From Myxococcales bacterium (GTDB lineage: Bacteria; Myxococcota_A; Polyangia; Polyangiales; JADJMO01): a DNA stretch of 64,000 bases. The stretch spans positions 289,993-353,992 of the forward strand of contig JADJMO010000002.1 in the NCBI GenBank assembly GCA_016709545.1, given 5' to 3'. Below, in pieces: positions 1 through 12,523 of the stretch (positions are counted from its first letter, which is position 1; every line of letters starts with the position of its first letter). The notes below the pieces were generated by a model. The model was not told the DNA's origin and ran no database searches. It was given only the letters and a program-made list of their open reading frames with translations. Made by a program: the position numbers and the translations under genes.

Positions 1-744
1 CCGAACAACGCGGTGCTCGTCGTCTCGGGCGACTTCGACCCCAAGGAGGCGCGCGCGCTCGTCGAGAAGCACTTCGCGGGCGTGCCCAAGGTCGAGGTCG
101 CGAAGTACCCGGACCTGCCCTTCGCTGGCCGCAAGACACCGTCGGGGCCCGAGCCCGTGATCGACCCCAACGCGCGCACGCCGAAGGTCTACTTCGGCTG
201 GTCCATCCCGAAGGACCGCACGCCCGAGCACTACGCGCTCGAGCTCGCGTCGGTGATCCTGAGCGACGGCGAGTCGTCGCGCCTGCACCGTCGCCTCGTG
301 AAAGACCTCGCCATCGCGCAGTCCGCCGGCGCCTCCACCGAGGACCACCGCGGCCCCGACGCGTTCGTGCTCGAGGCGCACCTCTCCGACAAGGCCACCG
401 TCGAGGAGGTCGAGAAGGCCATCTGGGCCGAGCTCGACGACCTCGCCAAGAAGGGCCCGACCGAGGCCGAGATGAAGAAGGCGCGCGCCAAGGTGGAGCA
501 CGGGTTCCTCTTCGGCCTGCAGTCGAACCTGCAGCGCGCGAACGCCCTCGCCAAGATGGAGGGCCACCACGGCGACGCGAGCCTGCTCCTCGGCGAGCCC
601 AAGCGCTACGCCGCGGTCACCGCCGCCGAGGTCAAGGCCGCCGTCGCGAAGTACCTCGTGCGCGCGACCCTGGCGCACGTGCGGGTGATGCCGCCGCCCA
701 AGCCCGAAGGCCCAAAGCCCGCCCCCAAGAAGGAGGGCAAGTGA
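1..744 (+). CDS. M16 (insulinase/pitrilysin) family peptidase, C-terminal portion; 5' end outside window
   Basis: Frame open from base 1 (..NNAVLVVSGDFDPKEARALVEKHF..), GC3-rich, Peptidase_M16_C-like sequence, stop TGA 742-744. A second M16-like gene follows directly, the usual paired arrangement. Confidence 0.8.
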   Translation, partial: PNNAVLVVSGDFDPKEARALVEKHFAGVPKVEVAKYPDLPFAGRKTPSGPEPVIDPNARTPKVYFGWSIPKDRTPEHYALELASVILSDGESSRLHRRLVKDLAIAQSAGASTEDHRGPDAFVLEAHLSDKATVEEVEKAIWAELDDLAKKGPTEAEMKKARAKVEHGFLFGLQSNLQRANALAKMEGHHGDASLLLGEPKRYAAVTAAEVKAAVAKYLVRATLAHVRVMPPPKPEGPKPAPKKEGK

Positions 745-746
745 TC

Positions 747-2324
747 ATGCGCCGCTCGATCCGCTGGGCCCTCGCCCTCCCGCTGCTCGTCGCGTGCTCG
801 AGCACGCCGCCCGTGGTCGCGACCACCCCGGTCGCCAGCACCACGACCCCGCCTCCGGTCGCCAGCTCCGCGCCGCCCGCCAAGCCCACGGTCGACGTGC
901 CCCCGCCCGCCGCGGCGCGCCCGATGAAGCCCGCCAAGGTCGTCGCCGTCGAGAACAAGAGCGCGTTCGCCAGCGCGACCGCGATCGTCTCGTCCACCCT
1001 GCCGATCGTCTACGTGCGCGTGATGGTCGACGTCGGCATCGGCCACGCAGAGAACACCCCCACCAAGTCGGCCGCCGCGATCGCCTCGATGACCGGCGAC
1101 ATGCTCAAGGACGGCGGCGCCGGCAAGTGGAGCGGCAAGGAGCTCGCCGAGCAGATCGACGCGCTCGGCGCCGACCTCACCGTCGACACCGGCATGGACC
1201 GCACCGTCTTCGGCATCGCGGTCACCAGGGACAAGCTCGACGCCGCGCTCGACGTGCTCGGCGCGGTGCTCGCCAAGCCGCGCTTCGACAAGAAGGAGTT
1301 CGACAAGCTCAAGGCGCGCGAGCTCGACCGCGTGCGCCAGGCCCAGAAGGGCAGCGGCGGGTGGATGGCGCGCCAGGCGCTCTACCGCACCCTGCTCGAC
1401 GGCACCCGCTACGCCATGCCCGACGCCACCGAGGCCACCCTCGCCGGCATCGAGCTGAAGGACCTGAAGGCCTACTACGAGAAGGCCTACCGCCGCGGCC
1501 AGATCCACGTGGTCGTCGCCGGCGACGTCGACGCGAGCAAGCTCGGCCCCGCGCTCGACGGCAAGCTCGGTGGCCTCCCGGCCGGCGCGACCGCGATGGC
1601 GTTCCCCGCGCCGCCCGCCCCCACCACGGGCATCCGCGTGGTGCTCGCCAAGAAGCCCGGCAGCAAGCAGGCGGACATCTTCGTCGCGCGCCGCGTGATC
1701 GCGCGCAACGACCCCCGCTTCCCCGACCTCGCGCTCGCGACCCACGTGCTCGGCGGCGGCATGGCCATGCGCCTGTTCTCCGACGTGCGCGAGAAGCGCT
1801 CGCTCGCCTACTCGACCAACGCCAACGTGCGCGAGCTCGCGTGGGGCAGCGACTCGCTGGTCGCCCTCTACGCGGGCACGCAGACCGCGCTCGCCGGCAA
1901 GTCGGTCGACGCGCTCCTCGAGCACCTGCGCTGGATCTCCAAGGACAAGCCGGTCACCCAGGAGGAGTTCGACATCGCGCGCACCAGCCTCGAGACCGCG
2001 TTCCTCTACCGCCTCGAGACCATCGGCGCGGTCGGCGGGCTCGCCCTCGAGCAGAAGCTGCTCAAGCTCCCCGGCGCCGACGTCTACGACTACGTCGAGA
2101 AGTACCGCGCGGCGATCCGCGGGGCCACGCTCGCGAGCGTGCGCGCCGCGGCCGCGGAGCTCCTCGCGCCGAGCAACCTGGTCATCGCCGTCGCGGGCGA
2201 CCCGAGCCTCGCCGGGCCGCTCTCGCACTTCGGCGCGGTGACCATCGTCGACCCGGAGAAGAACTTCGAGAAGGTGGGCGAGAAGGCCGCGGATCCCTCG
2301 GCGCCGCTCGCCGTGGGCCCGTAG
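747..2324 (+). CDS. M16 family peptidase-like lipoprotein (no HxxEH motif seen; probably non-catalytic partner)
   Basis: ORF 741..2324. ATG 747 lies 8 nt after GGAGGG. N-terminus RRSIRWALALPLLVACSS is a lipobox signal. The body resembles M16 N+C domains. Confidence 0.8.
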   Translation: MRRSIRWALALPLLVACSSTPPVVATTPVASTTTPPPVASSAPPAKPTVDVPPPAAARPMKPAKVVAVENKSAFASATAIVSSTLPIVYVRVMVDVGIGHAENTPTKSAAAIASMTGDMLKDGGAGKWSGKELAEQIDALGADLTVDTGMDRTVFGIAVTRDKLDAALDVLGAVLAKPRFDKKEFDKLKARELDRVRQAQKGSGGWMARQALYRTLLDGTRYAMPDATEATLAGIELKDLKAYYEKAYRRGQIHVVVAGDVDASKLGPALDGKLGGLPAGATAMAFPAPPAPTTGIRVVLAKKPGSKQADIFVARRVIARNDPRFPDLALATHVLGGGMAMRLFSDVREKRSLAYSTNANVRELAWGSDSLVALYAGTQTALAGKSVDALLEHLRWISKDKPVTQEEFDIARTSLETAFLYRLETIGAVGGLALEQKLLKLPGADVYDYVEKYRAAIRGATLASVRAAAAELLAPSNLVIAVAGDPSLAGPLSHFGAVTIVDPEKNFEKVGEKAADPSAPLAVGP

Positions 2325-2338
2325 TCGACCGAGGCGCT

Positions 2339-3145
2339 ATGATCACGGGGATGGGGGGCACGGTCCCAGGTACGGAGATCACCTATCGGGTCGAGGGCGA
2401 AGGCCCCGACCTCGTGCTGGTGCACGGCCTCGGCGGCCTGTTCCACTCGTGGCGCGCGTTCCGGCCGCTGCTCGCCGCCACCCACCGCGTGTGGGAGATC
2501 GGCCTGCCCGCGTTCGACTCCGACACCACCCGCGCGCGCCGCGGCAACTCGGTCGAGGACTGGGTCGAAGACCTCGGCCGGCTGCTCGACCACGCGAAGC
2601 TCGAGCGCCCGGTGCTCATCGGCAACTCGATGGGCGGGCAGGTCGTCGCGACCTACGCCGAGGCCCACCCCGCGCGGGTGCCCGCCGTGGTCTTGCTCGG
2701 GTCCTCTGGCATGGGTGAGCAGCGCGAGGGCTACTCGCTGTTCCCCGAGGGCGCGGTGCGCCGCCTGGTGAAATCGATCGAGGAGGACGTGATGCGCACG
2801 ATCCTCCGCACGGTGTTCGCCGACGACCGGTTCTTCGAGACCGAGCTCTCCGACATCCGCACCCACCTCTCGGACCGCCGCTGGAAGCTCGGCCTGCTCA
2901 CCACGGCGCGGCGGGTGCGGGACGCCACGTTGCTGCCATTGCTGCCACGGCTCCAGCAGCCCACGCTCGGGGTCTACGGCGACCGCGACCGCATCGTGCC
3001 CATCCGGTTCGCGCGCGCGGCGGCGCCGCTGCTTCCCCACGGCGAGCTCTTCGAGCTGCCGGCCACTGGGCACGCCCCGCAGATCGAGCGACCCACCGAG
3101 ACCCACGAGCGGGTGCTCGGCTTCCTCCAGCCCCTGGGCCTCTGA
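2339..3145 (+). CDS. alpha/beta-fold hydrolase
   Basis: ATG 2339 inside long ORF 794..3145. HGLGG oxyanion motif, GNSMGG nucleophile elbow (GxSxG), C-terminal GHAPQIE His motif. Confidence 0.85.
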   Translation: MITGMGGTVPGTEITYRVEGEGPDLVLVHGLGGLFHSWRAFRPLLAATHRVWEIGLPAFDSDTTRARRGNSVEDWVEDLGRLLDHAKLERPVLIGNSMGGQVVATYAEAHPARVPAVVLLGSSGMGEQREGYSLFPEGAVRRLVKSIEEDVMRTILRTVFADDRFFETELSDIRTHLSDRRWKLGLLTTARRVRDATLLPLLPRLQQPTLGVYGDRDRIVPIRFARAAAPLLPHGELFELPATGHAPQIERPTETHERVLGFLQPLGL

Positions 3146-3196
3146 AACGCCAGGAGTCTCCGAGCCACGCCCGGGGCGTGCTACCCCTCGGCCCCC

Positions 3197-5110
<1,914 letters not shown>

Positions 5111-5128
5111 GCGAGCGAAGCGAAGCAT

Positions 5129-5150
5129 CGGCCGCCTCCATGGGCGGCCG
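5129..5150. terminator. GC-rich stem-loop between convergent genes (putative bidirectional terminator)
   Basis: CGGCCGCC-tccatg-GGCGGCCG, perfect 8-bp stem 19 nt after the ABC-F stop. A near-identical element occurs at 35786-35810. Confidence 0.5.
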
Positions 5151-5167
5151 ACAAAGAATCTGTAGGG

Positions 5168-5569
5168 TCACTTCGGCGGGTCGGACTTCAGCGTGATCGT
5201 GAGCGGGTCGTTGGTGTACCCGCACCCCGCCCATGGACAGCCGCGCGCGCGGCACACCTGCCGCGGCGTGCTCCACCCGACGTCGGGAAAGTCGTGGTGG
5301 GTCTGCTCGACGCAGAAGCAGTAGGTCGACGCCATCCAGGTCTTGGTGGTGCCGGGCTGCACCTTCGCGTCGAGCAGCTTCACGTTGGCCGACGAATCGC
5401 ACGGCAACACGTAGCCCGCGGAGAGGCGCACCCGGATCGCCTTCGGGCCCACCATCACCAGCGTGACCGGCGAGGGCGGCGGAGGCGGGAACGGCCAGGG
5501 GATCGCCGCGTCCGCCGCGTCCGCCGTGAGCGGGGCAGCGAGGAGCAGCAGCGCGGCCCACGATCGCAT
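5168..5569 (-). CDS. hypothetical secreted Cys-containing protein
   Basis: ATG 5569 gives the signal peptide [20 protein letters not shown]3-rich. The longer ORF 5168..5710 adds an implausible N-terminal extension. Confidence 0.55.
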   Translation of the reverse strand: MRSWAALLLLAAPLTADAADAAIPWPFPPPPPSPVTLVMVGPKAIRVRLSAGYVLPCDSSANVKLLDAKVQPGTTKTWMASTYCFCVEQTHHDFPDVGWSTPRQVCRARGCPWAGCGYTNDPLTITLKSDPPK

Positions 5570-5630
5570 GCCCCGATCGTACTCCTCCCGGAGACCGCGC
5601 GCCCGTGGATGGGCTAGTCTCGCGGGCGCC

Positions 5631-6509
5631 ATGACCGCCCAGCTCATCGACGGGAAAGCCATCGCCGAGGTCGTCCGCCGCGAGGTCGCCGCCGGCGTCG
5701 CTGCGTTCAAGGAGAAGCACGGGCGCGTCCCCGGCCTGCACGTGATCCTCGCTGGCGAAGACCCGGCGTCGGCGGTCTACGTGCGCAACAAGGAGAAGGC
5801 GGCCAAGGAGGTCGGCATGGCGGGCGAGGTGCATCGGCTGCCCGCCACCGTGTCGCGCGAGGAGCTCCTCGATCGCATCCGCGTGCTCCGCGAGGACCGC
5901 TCGGTCGACGGCATCCTCGTCCAGCTCCCGCTGCCCAAGGGCCTCCCCGAGGACGAGATCCTCGACGCCGTCCCCGCCGACAAGGACGTCGACGGCTTCC
6001 ACCCGCTCAACGCCGGCCTGCTCGCCTCCGGCCGCCCGGGCGGCATGGTCCCGTGCACGCCGTTCGGCAGCATGCGCCTCATCGACGAGGCGGCCAAGAG
6101 CATCCCTGGCTTCTCCCTCGTCGGCGCGCACGCGGTCGTCGTCGGTCGCAGCAACATCGTCGGCAAGCCGATGGCGCAGCTGCTCCTCGCGCGCCACGCC
6201 ACGGTCACCATCGCGCACTCGCGCACCAAGGATCTCGCCGCGATCTGCCGCCAGGCCGACGTGCTCGTGGTCGCCGTGGGCAGGGCCGATCTCGTCGGCA
6301 AGGACCACGTCAAGCCGGGCGCGATCGTCATCGACGTCGGCATGAACCGCCGCGACGTCGATGGAAAGTCCAAGCTCTGTGGCGACGTCGACTTCGCGGG
6401 CGCCTCCACCGTCGCGGGCGCGATCACCCCGGTGCCGGGCGGCGTCGGCCCGATGACCATCGCCATGCTGCTCGCCAACACCCTGAAGGCCGCCGAGCGC
6501 CACGGATGA
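5631..6509 (+). CDS. folD: bifunctional methylenetetrahydrofolate dehydrogenase/methenyl-THF cyclohydrolase
   Basis: [66 protein letters not shown]: canonical FolD sequence blocks. Confidence 0.95.
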   Translation: MTAQLIDGKAIAEVVRREVAAGVAAFKEKHGRVPGLHVILAGEDPASAVYVRNKEKAAKEVGMAGEVHRLPATVSREELLDRIRVLREDRSVDGILVQLPLPKGLPEDEILDAVPADKDVDGFHPLNAGLLASGRPGGMVPCTPFGSMRLIDEAAKSIPGFSLVGAHAVVVGRSNIVGKPMAQLLLARHATVTIAHSRTKDLAAICRQADVLVVAVGRADLVGKDHVKPGAIVIDVGMNRRDVDGKSKLCGDVDFAGASTVAGAITPVPGGVGPMTIAMLLANTLKAAERHG

Positions 6510-6513
6510 CCGC

Positions 6514-8826
<2,313 letters not shown>

Positions 8827-8845
8827 TCACTTGTGGCGCCCCCTT

Positions 8846-10012
8846 TCACTTGGGGCGCAGGGTGGCGCACCCGATCTCGATGTCGACCTTGCCGGCGCCG
8901 TCGGCCGACAGCGCCTTGCACGTCGCGGGGCAGGTGAGCACGCGCGTCGGCTTCCCGGGCGGCGGGACGTCGTAGTACCAGCCCCCCGCGGGCCCGCACT
9001 TGTCCGCACGCTCGACGTAGGGGAGCGTCGTCACGCTCCCCCCGCTCGTCACGCGAACGTTCACCTTGTCGTAGTCCGCGCCCACCCCGGCCGGCACGAG
9101 GTACTCGCACGGCAACGCGGTCCCGCGGATGGCCAGCAGCGCGGAGAGGAACGCCTTCTCGACGTCGCTGCCGGTCGACTTGATCACGAACGCGGGCGCG
9201 CCGTTGCCCGCCTTCGAGATGGTGTCGAGGTTGGTCGCCGCGCCCTTGCCGAGGTCGGCGTCGGACATCACACCGATGACGTAGGTGCGAATCGGCGGCG
9301 ACTCCGCGCGCGCCTTGGCCGCGAACGCCGCGATGCCGTCCGCGTCGAGCGGCGCGCACGCCGTCGGCAGTCCGTCGGTCGCGAGCACCACCGACACCAC
9401 GTGCCCCGGGTGGGCGGTCTGGAACGCGCGCGCGTACTGCAGCGCCCCCGCCAGCGCCGGGCCCGTCGGGGTGTCGGTGAACGGATCGTGGAGCAACAGC
9501 GAGGTGGCGATGCTCGAGCCGACGCCGGGCAGCGCGGCGATGGGGACGTCGGCCTTCGCGTAGTCGCCCACCGCGCACGAGGACTTGCCGTCCGAGAAGA
9601 ACCCTGCGCGCCCGAAATACCCCAGACCCGCCGCGATCCCCGCGGCCGCAGGATCGGCGAGGAAGCTCTTGAACGCTCCCTTGATGGCCGTCCACTTGGT
9701 CGTGCCGCTCCCGGTGGTCTCCTTCATCGAGCCGGACTGGTCGAGCATGAAGAACAGATCGAGCGGTACCGGCGTCGCGCTGGTGGTGCTCGAGGCGCAC
9801 TTGGCGTCGGCCGCGCCAGCGTCCCCACTGGGCGCGGGGTCGAGCCCCTCGCCGACGTCGAAGCTCTCTCCCGCGTCGTCCGCCGGCGGGTCGAAGGCCC
9901 GCGCGTCGCGCCCGCCATCCTCGGCGAGCTCGTCGCGTTCGTTCCCGACGTTGTGCGGGGCGCACCCGAGGGCGGTCAGGACGAGGGTGGTGACGAGCAG
10001 GGGACGGAGCAT
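8846..10012 (-). CDS. von Willebrand factor type A (vWA) domain lipoprotein
   Basis: MLRPLLVTTLVLTALGCAP lipobox (start 10012 within ORF 8846..10030). MIDAS motif LDQSGSM. Cys-containing C-terminal domain. Confidence 0.8.
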   Translation of the reverse strand: MLRPLLVTTLVLTALGCAPHNVGNERDELAEDGGRDARAFDPPADDAGESFDVGEGLDPAPSGDAGAADAKCASSTTSATPVPLDLFFMLDQSGSMKETTGSGTTKWTAIKGAFKSFLADPAAAGIAAGLGYFGRAGFFSDGKSSCAVGDYAKADVPIAALPGVGSSIATSLLLHDPFTDTPTGPALAGALQYARAFQTAHPGHVVSVVLATDGLPTACAPLDADGIAAFAAKARAESPPIRTYVIGVMSDADLGKGAATNLDTISKAGNGAPAFVIKSTGSDVEKAFLSALLAIRGTALPCEYLVPAGVGADYDKVNVRVTSGGSVTTLPYVERADKCGPAGGWYYDVPPPGKPTRVLTCPATCKALSADGAGKVDIEIGCATLRPK

Positions 10013-10068
10013 GCGCTCCGCTCTGCACAAGCCGATCCGATCGCGAATCGCCGACGATCTCCCGCGGC

Positions 10069-10087
10069 GTTGCGCGAGTCGCGCAAC
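10069..10087 (-). terminator. perfect 19-bp palindrome just downstream of parB
   Basis: GTTGCGCGA-G-TCGCGCAAC about 20 nt after the parB stop. An extra GCGCAAC copy follows. Confidence 0.35.
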
Positions 10088-10106
10088 GCGCTGCGCAACC
10101 CGCCCT

Positions 10107-10994
10107 TCACTTGACGAGCAGCTTGTCGAGCACGCCGTCGAGCACGTCGAGGGTGGCGTAGTGGATGGCGATCTCGCCCTTGTTGCCCTGGTCGCGCACC
10201 TCGCAGCGGGTGCCGAGGGCCTGCGAGAGGCGACGCTCGAGGTCCTTGACCGAGGCGCTCTTCGGCGTGGGCTCGGCGGCCGGCTTGCCGCCCTTGGCCG
10301 CCTTGGCGAGCTGCTCGGCCTGGCGCACCGAGAGCCGGCCGCGCACGACCTTCTCGGCGACGCGGGCCATCTCGGCCTCGTCGGGGATCGAGAGCAGCGC
10401 GCGCGCGTGGCCCTCGGTGAGCTCGCCCTTGATCACGCGCTCGCGCACGTTCACCGGCAAGCGCAGCAGGCGCAGCGCGTTGGCGATCGTCGTGCGGTCC
10501 TTGCCGAGCCGCTCGGCGAGCCGCTCCTGCGTGTAGCCGTGCTCCTTCACCAGGCGCTGCAGCGCCTCGGCGAGCTCGATCGGGTTCAGGTCCTCTCGCT
10601 GGACGTTCTCGATCATCGCGAGCTCGAAGGCCGCGACGGGCGAGACGTCCTTGACGACGACGATGACGTCCTTGAGCCCCGCCCGCTGTGAGGCCCGCCA
10701 GCGACGCTCGCCGGCGATGAGCTCGTAGCGATCCATGCCCGGCGCCGCCGTGCCCGGCACCTTGCGCACGACGAGCGGCTCGATGAGCCCGACCTCGCGG
10801 ATGGACTGCGTCAACTCCTCGAGCGCCGGCTCGTCGAAGTGCTGGCGCGGCTGCCCCTTCATCGGGGTGATGCGCTCGATCGGGCAGAGGAACACCGACT
10901 TGTCGGCGAAGCCGGCGGGCACCTTCTCCTTGGCCACGGGCAGGAGCGCGTCGAGGCCACGACCCAGCGCGCGGCGGGGTTCCTTCTCGCTCAC
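10107..10994 (-). CDS. parB: chromosome partitioning protein ParB
   Basis: GTG 10994 overlaps the parA stop (GTGA). RALGRGLDALL, ParB box LIAGERRWRAS, HTH region. Lies inside the spurious long ORF 10107..12155. Confidence 0.9.
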   Translation of the reverse strand: MSEKEPRRALGRGLDALLPVAKEKVPAGFADKSVFLCPIERITPMKGQPRQHFDEPALEELTQSIREVGLIEPLVVRKVPGTAAPGMDRYELIAGERRWRASQRAGLKDVIVVVKDVSPVAAFELAMIENVQREDLNPIELAEALQRLVKEHGYTQERLAERLGKDRTTIANALRLLRLPVNVRERVIKGELTEGHARALLSIPDEAEMARVAEKVVRGRLSVRQAEQLAKAAKGGKPAAEPTPKSASVKDLERRLSQALGTRCEVRDQGNKGEIAIHYATLDVLDGVLDKLLVK

Positions 10995-11791
10995 TTGCGG
11001 CTCTCCTTGCGCTTCTTGCCGGCACGGCGATCGAGGAACTCGCGCGCGAGGGCGAGGTAGGCCTCGGCGCCCTTGCTCTTGGCGTCGTAGAGGAGGATCG
11101 GCAGGCCGTGCGACGGCGCCTCGGAGAGGCGGATGTTGCGCGGCACCACCGCGTCGTACACCGAGAAGTGCTTCTTCACCTCGTCGCTCACCTGGTGCGC
11201 GAGGTTGTTGCGCGGGTCGAACATGGTGAGCACGACGCCGTCCACCTCGAGGTCGGCGTTGAGCCCGTTGCGCACGCGGTCGATCGTATCCATGAGGTAG
11301 GTCAGGCCCTCGAGCGCGTAGAACTCGCACTGGAGCGGCACGAGCACGCTGTGCGCGGCCACGAGCGCGTTGAGCGTGAGCAGCCCGAGCGAGGGCGGGC
11401 AGTCGATGATCACCTGGCGGTACGGCACGCCACGCGTGAACGCCTCGTCGAGCACCCGCGCGAGGCGCGAGGCGCGATCGGCCTCGTCGACCAGCTCGAT
11501 CTCCGCGGCGACCAGGTCTTGCTTGGCCGGCAACACGGTGAGGTGCGGGACCTTGGTCTCGACCACCACGTCCTCGAGGTGCATGCCGGCGATCAAGCAG
11601 TCGTAGACCGAGCGCTCGATGCTGCGCGGAGGCACGCCGACGCCGCTCGAGGCGTTGCCCTGCGGGTCCATGTCGACCAGCAGCGTGGATTGCTCGGCGA
11701 CGGCGAGAGAGGCCGCAAGGTTCACCGCGGTCGTCGTCTTGCCGACGCCGCCCTTCTGGTTGACCACCGCGACGATCGAACGCGCTGACAT
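10991..11791 (-). CDS. parA: chromosome partitioning ATPase ParA
   Basis: MSARSIVAVVNQKGGVGKTTT (deviant Walker A KGGxGKT), DMDPQGN, DCPPSLG. Confidence 0.95.
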   Translation of the reverse strand: MSARSIVAVVNQKGGVGKTTTAVNLAASLAVAEQSTLLVDMDPQGNASSGVGVPPRSIERSVYDCLIAGMHLEDVVVETKVPHLTVLPAKQDLVAAEIELVDEADRASRLARVLDEAFTRGVPYRQVIIDCPPSLGLLTLNALVAAHSVLVPLQCEFYALEGLTYLMDTIDRVRNGLNADLEVDGVVLTMFDPRNNLAHQVSDEVKKHFSVYDAVVPRNIRLSEAPSHGLPILLYDAKSKGAEAYLALAREFLDRRAGKKRKESRK

Positions 11792-11834
11792 GGACCGCCG
11801 GGGGTATCGCGCAAACCCACGAGGGGCAAGCTGC

Positions 11835-11876
11835 CTTTGTCGCTCCCGGACCTTGCCTGTCCGGTCCTCCACTCCG
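11835..11876 (+). repeat. REP-like GC-rich intergenic repeat, copy 1 of 4
   Basis: ctttGTCGCTCCCGGaCCttgCCTGTCCGGtCCTCCaCTCCG with internal inverted repeat CCGGxCC..GGxCCGG. Related copies at 12301, 12351 and (inverted) 27040. Confidence 0.7.
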
Positions 11877-12141
11877 AGCAACACTTTTCTTGGCTGTCGA
11901 ACCTACCTTGTGAGAGTGTGTGCGCAGATGTAGGTGAGAACGATGTCGAGCCGAAAAACACGCCAGATCATGCACGAGACCCTGATGGGAGCAGCCCCCC
12001 AGCTCGGCACCGCGCGCATCCTCGAAGCCTGGTTCCGGCCGGCCCCCACCTCCGAAGTCTCCGCCACGGTCCTCGCGTTCACGCCTCGGACGCGCCCCAC
12101 CCTCTAGCCCGCTCGCTCGCCAAGAAAGGTCGACCTCTCCC

Positions 12142-12294
12142 ATGCGTCCTCTCACCTACTACCGCAACTTCGAAGAGTTCGAGCGCGAGGAGCTGAAGTC
12201 CTCCTCCAAGATCGGGTTCTCGCTCGACGACCTCATCGAGGAGACCTCGTTCGACGGTGAGCTCGAGTTCGACACCCTCGACGACGAGGACTGA
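12142..12294 (+). CDS. small acidic hypothetical protein (50 aa), not in the ORF track
   Basis: ATG 12142 to TGA 12292-12294: MRPLTYYRNFEEFEREELKSSSKIGFSLDDLIEETSFDGELEFDTLDDED. Nearly every codon ends in G/C, like genuine genes here. Confidence 0.5.
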   Translation: MRPLTYYRNFEEFEREELKSSSKIGFSLDDLIEETSFDGELEFDTLDDED

Positions 12295-12300
12295 GCTCAG

Positions 12301-12345
12301 TCTCTGCGTCGCTCCCGGGCCGTCCCTGTCCGGCCCTCCGCTCCG
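12301..12345 (+). repeat. REP-like GC-rich intergenic repeat, copy 2
   Basis: tctctgcGTCGCTCCCGGGCCGTCCCTGTCCGGCCCTCCGCTCCG. Stem GGGCCG/CGGCCC around TCCCTGTC. Confidence 0.75.
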
Positions 12346-12350
12346 ACGGT

Positions 12351-12395
12351 GTCTCTGCGTCGCTCCCGGGCCGTCCCCGTCCGGCCCTCCGCTCC
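12351..12395 (+). repeat. REP-like GC-rich intergenic repeat, copy 3 (tandem to copy 2)
   Basis: gtctctgcGTCGCTCCCGGGCCGTCCCCGTCCGGCCCTCCGCTCC, one mismatch to copy 2. A partial third start (tgtctgcgtc) follows. Confidence 0.75.
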
Positions 12396-12523
12396 TGTCT
12401 GCGTCACGGTTCCGCTTAGCTTCGTCTCTGCCACGTCCCCCGACACCCGCTGGGTCGCCTCCCCGCGGGTGTCGCCTTTTTTGTCTGGTCGCTCCCGCGC
12501 CTCCGCCTAGTGTCGCGGGACGC

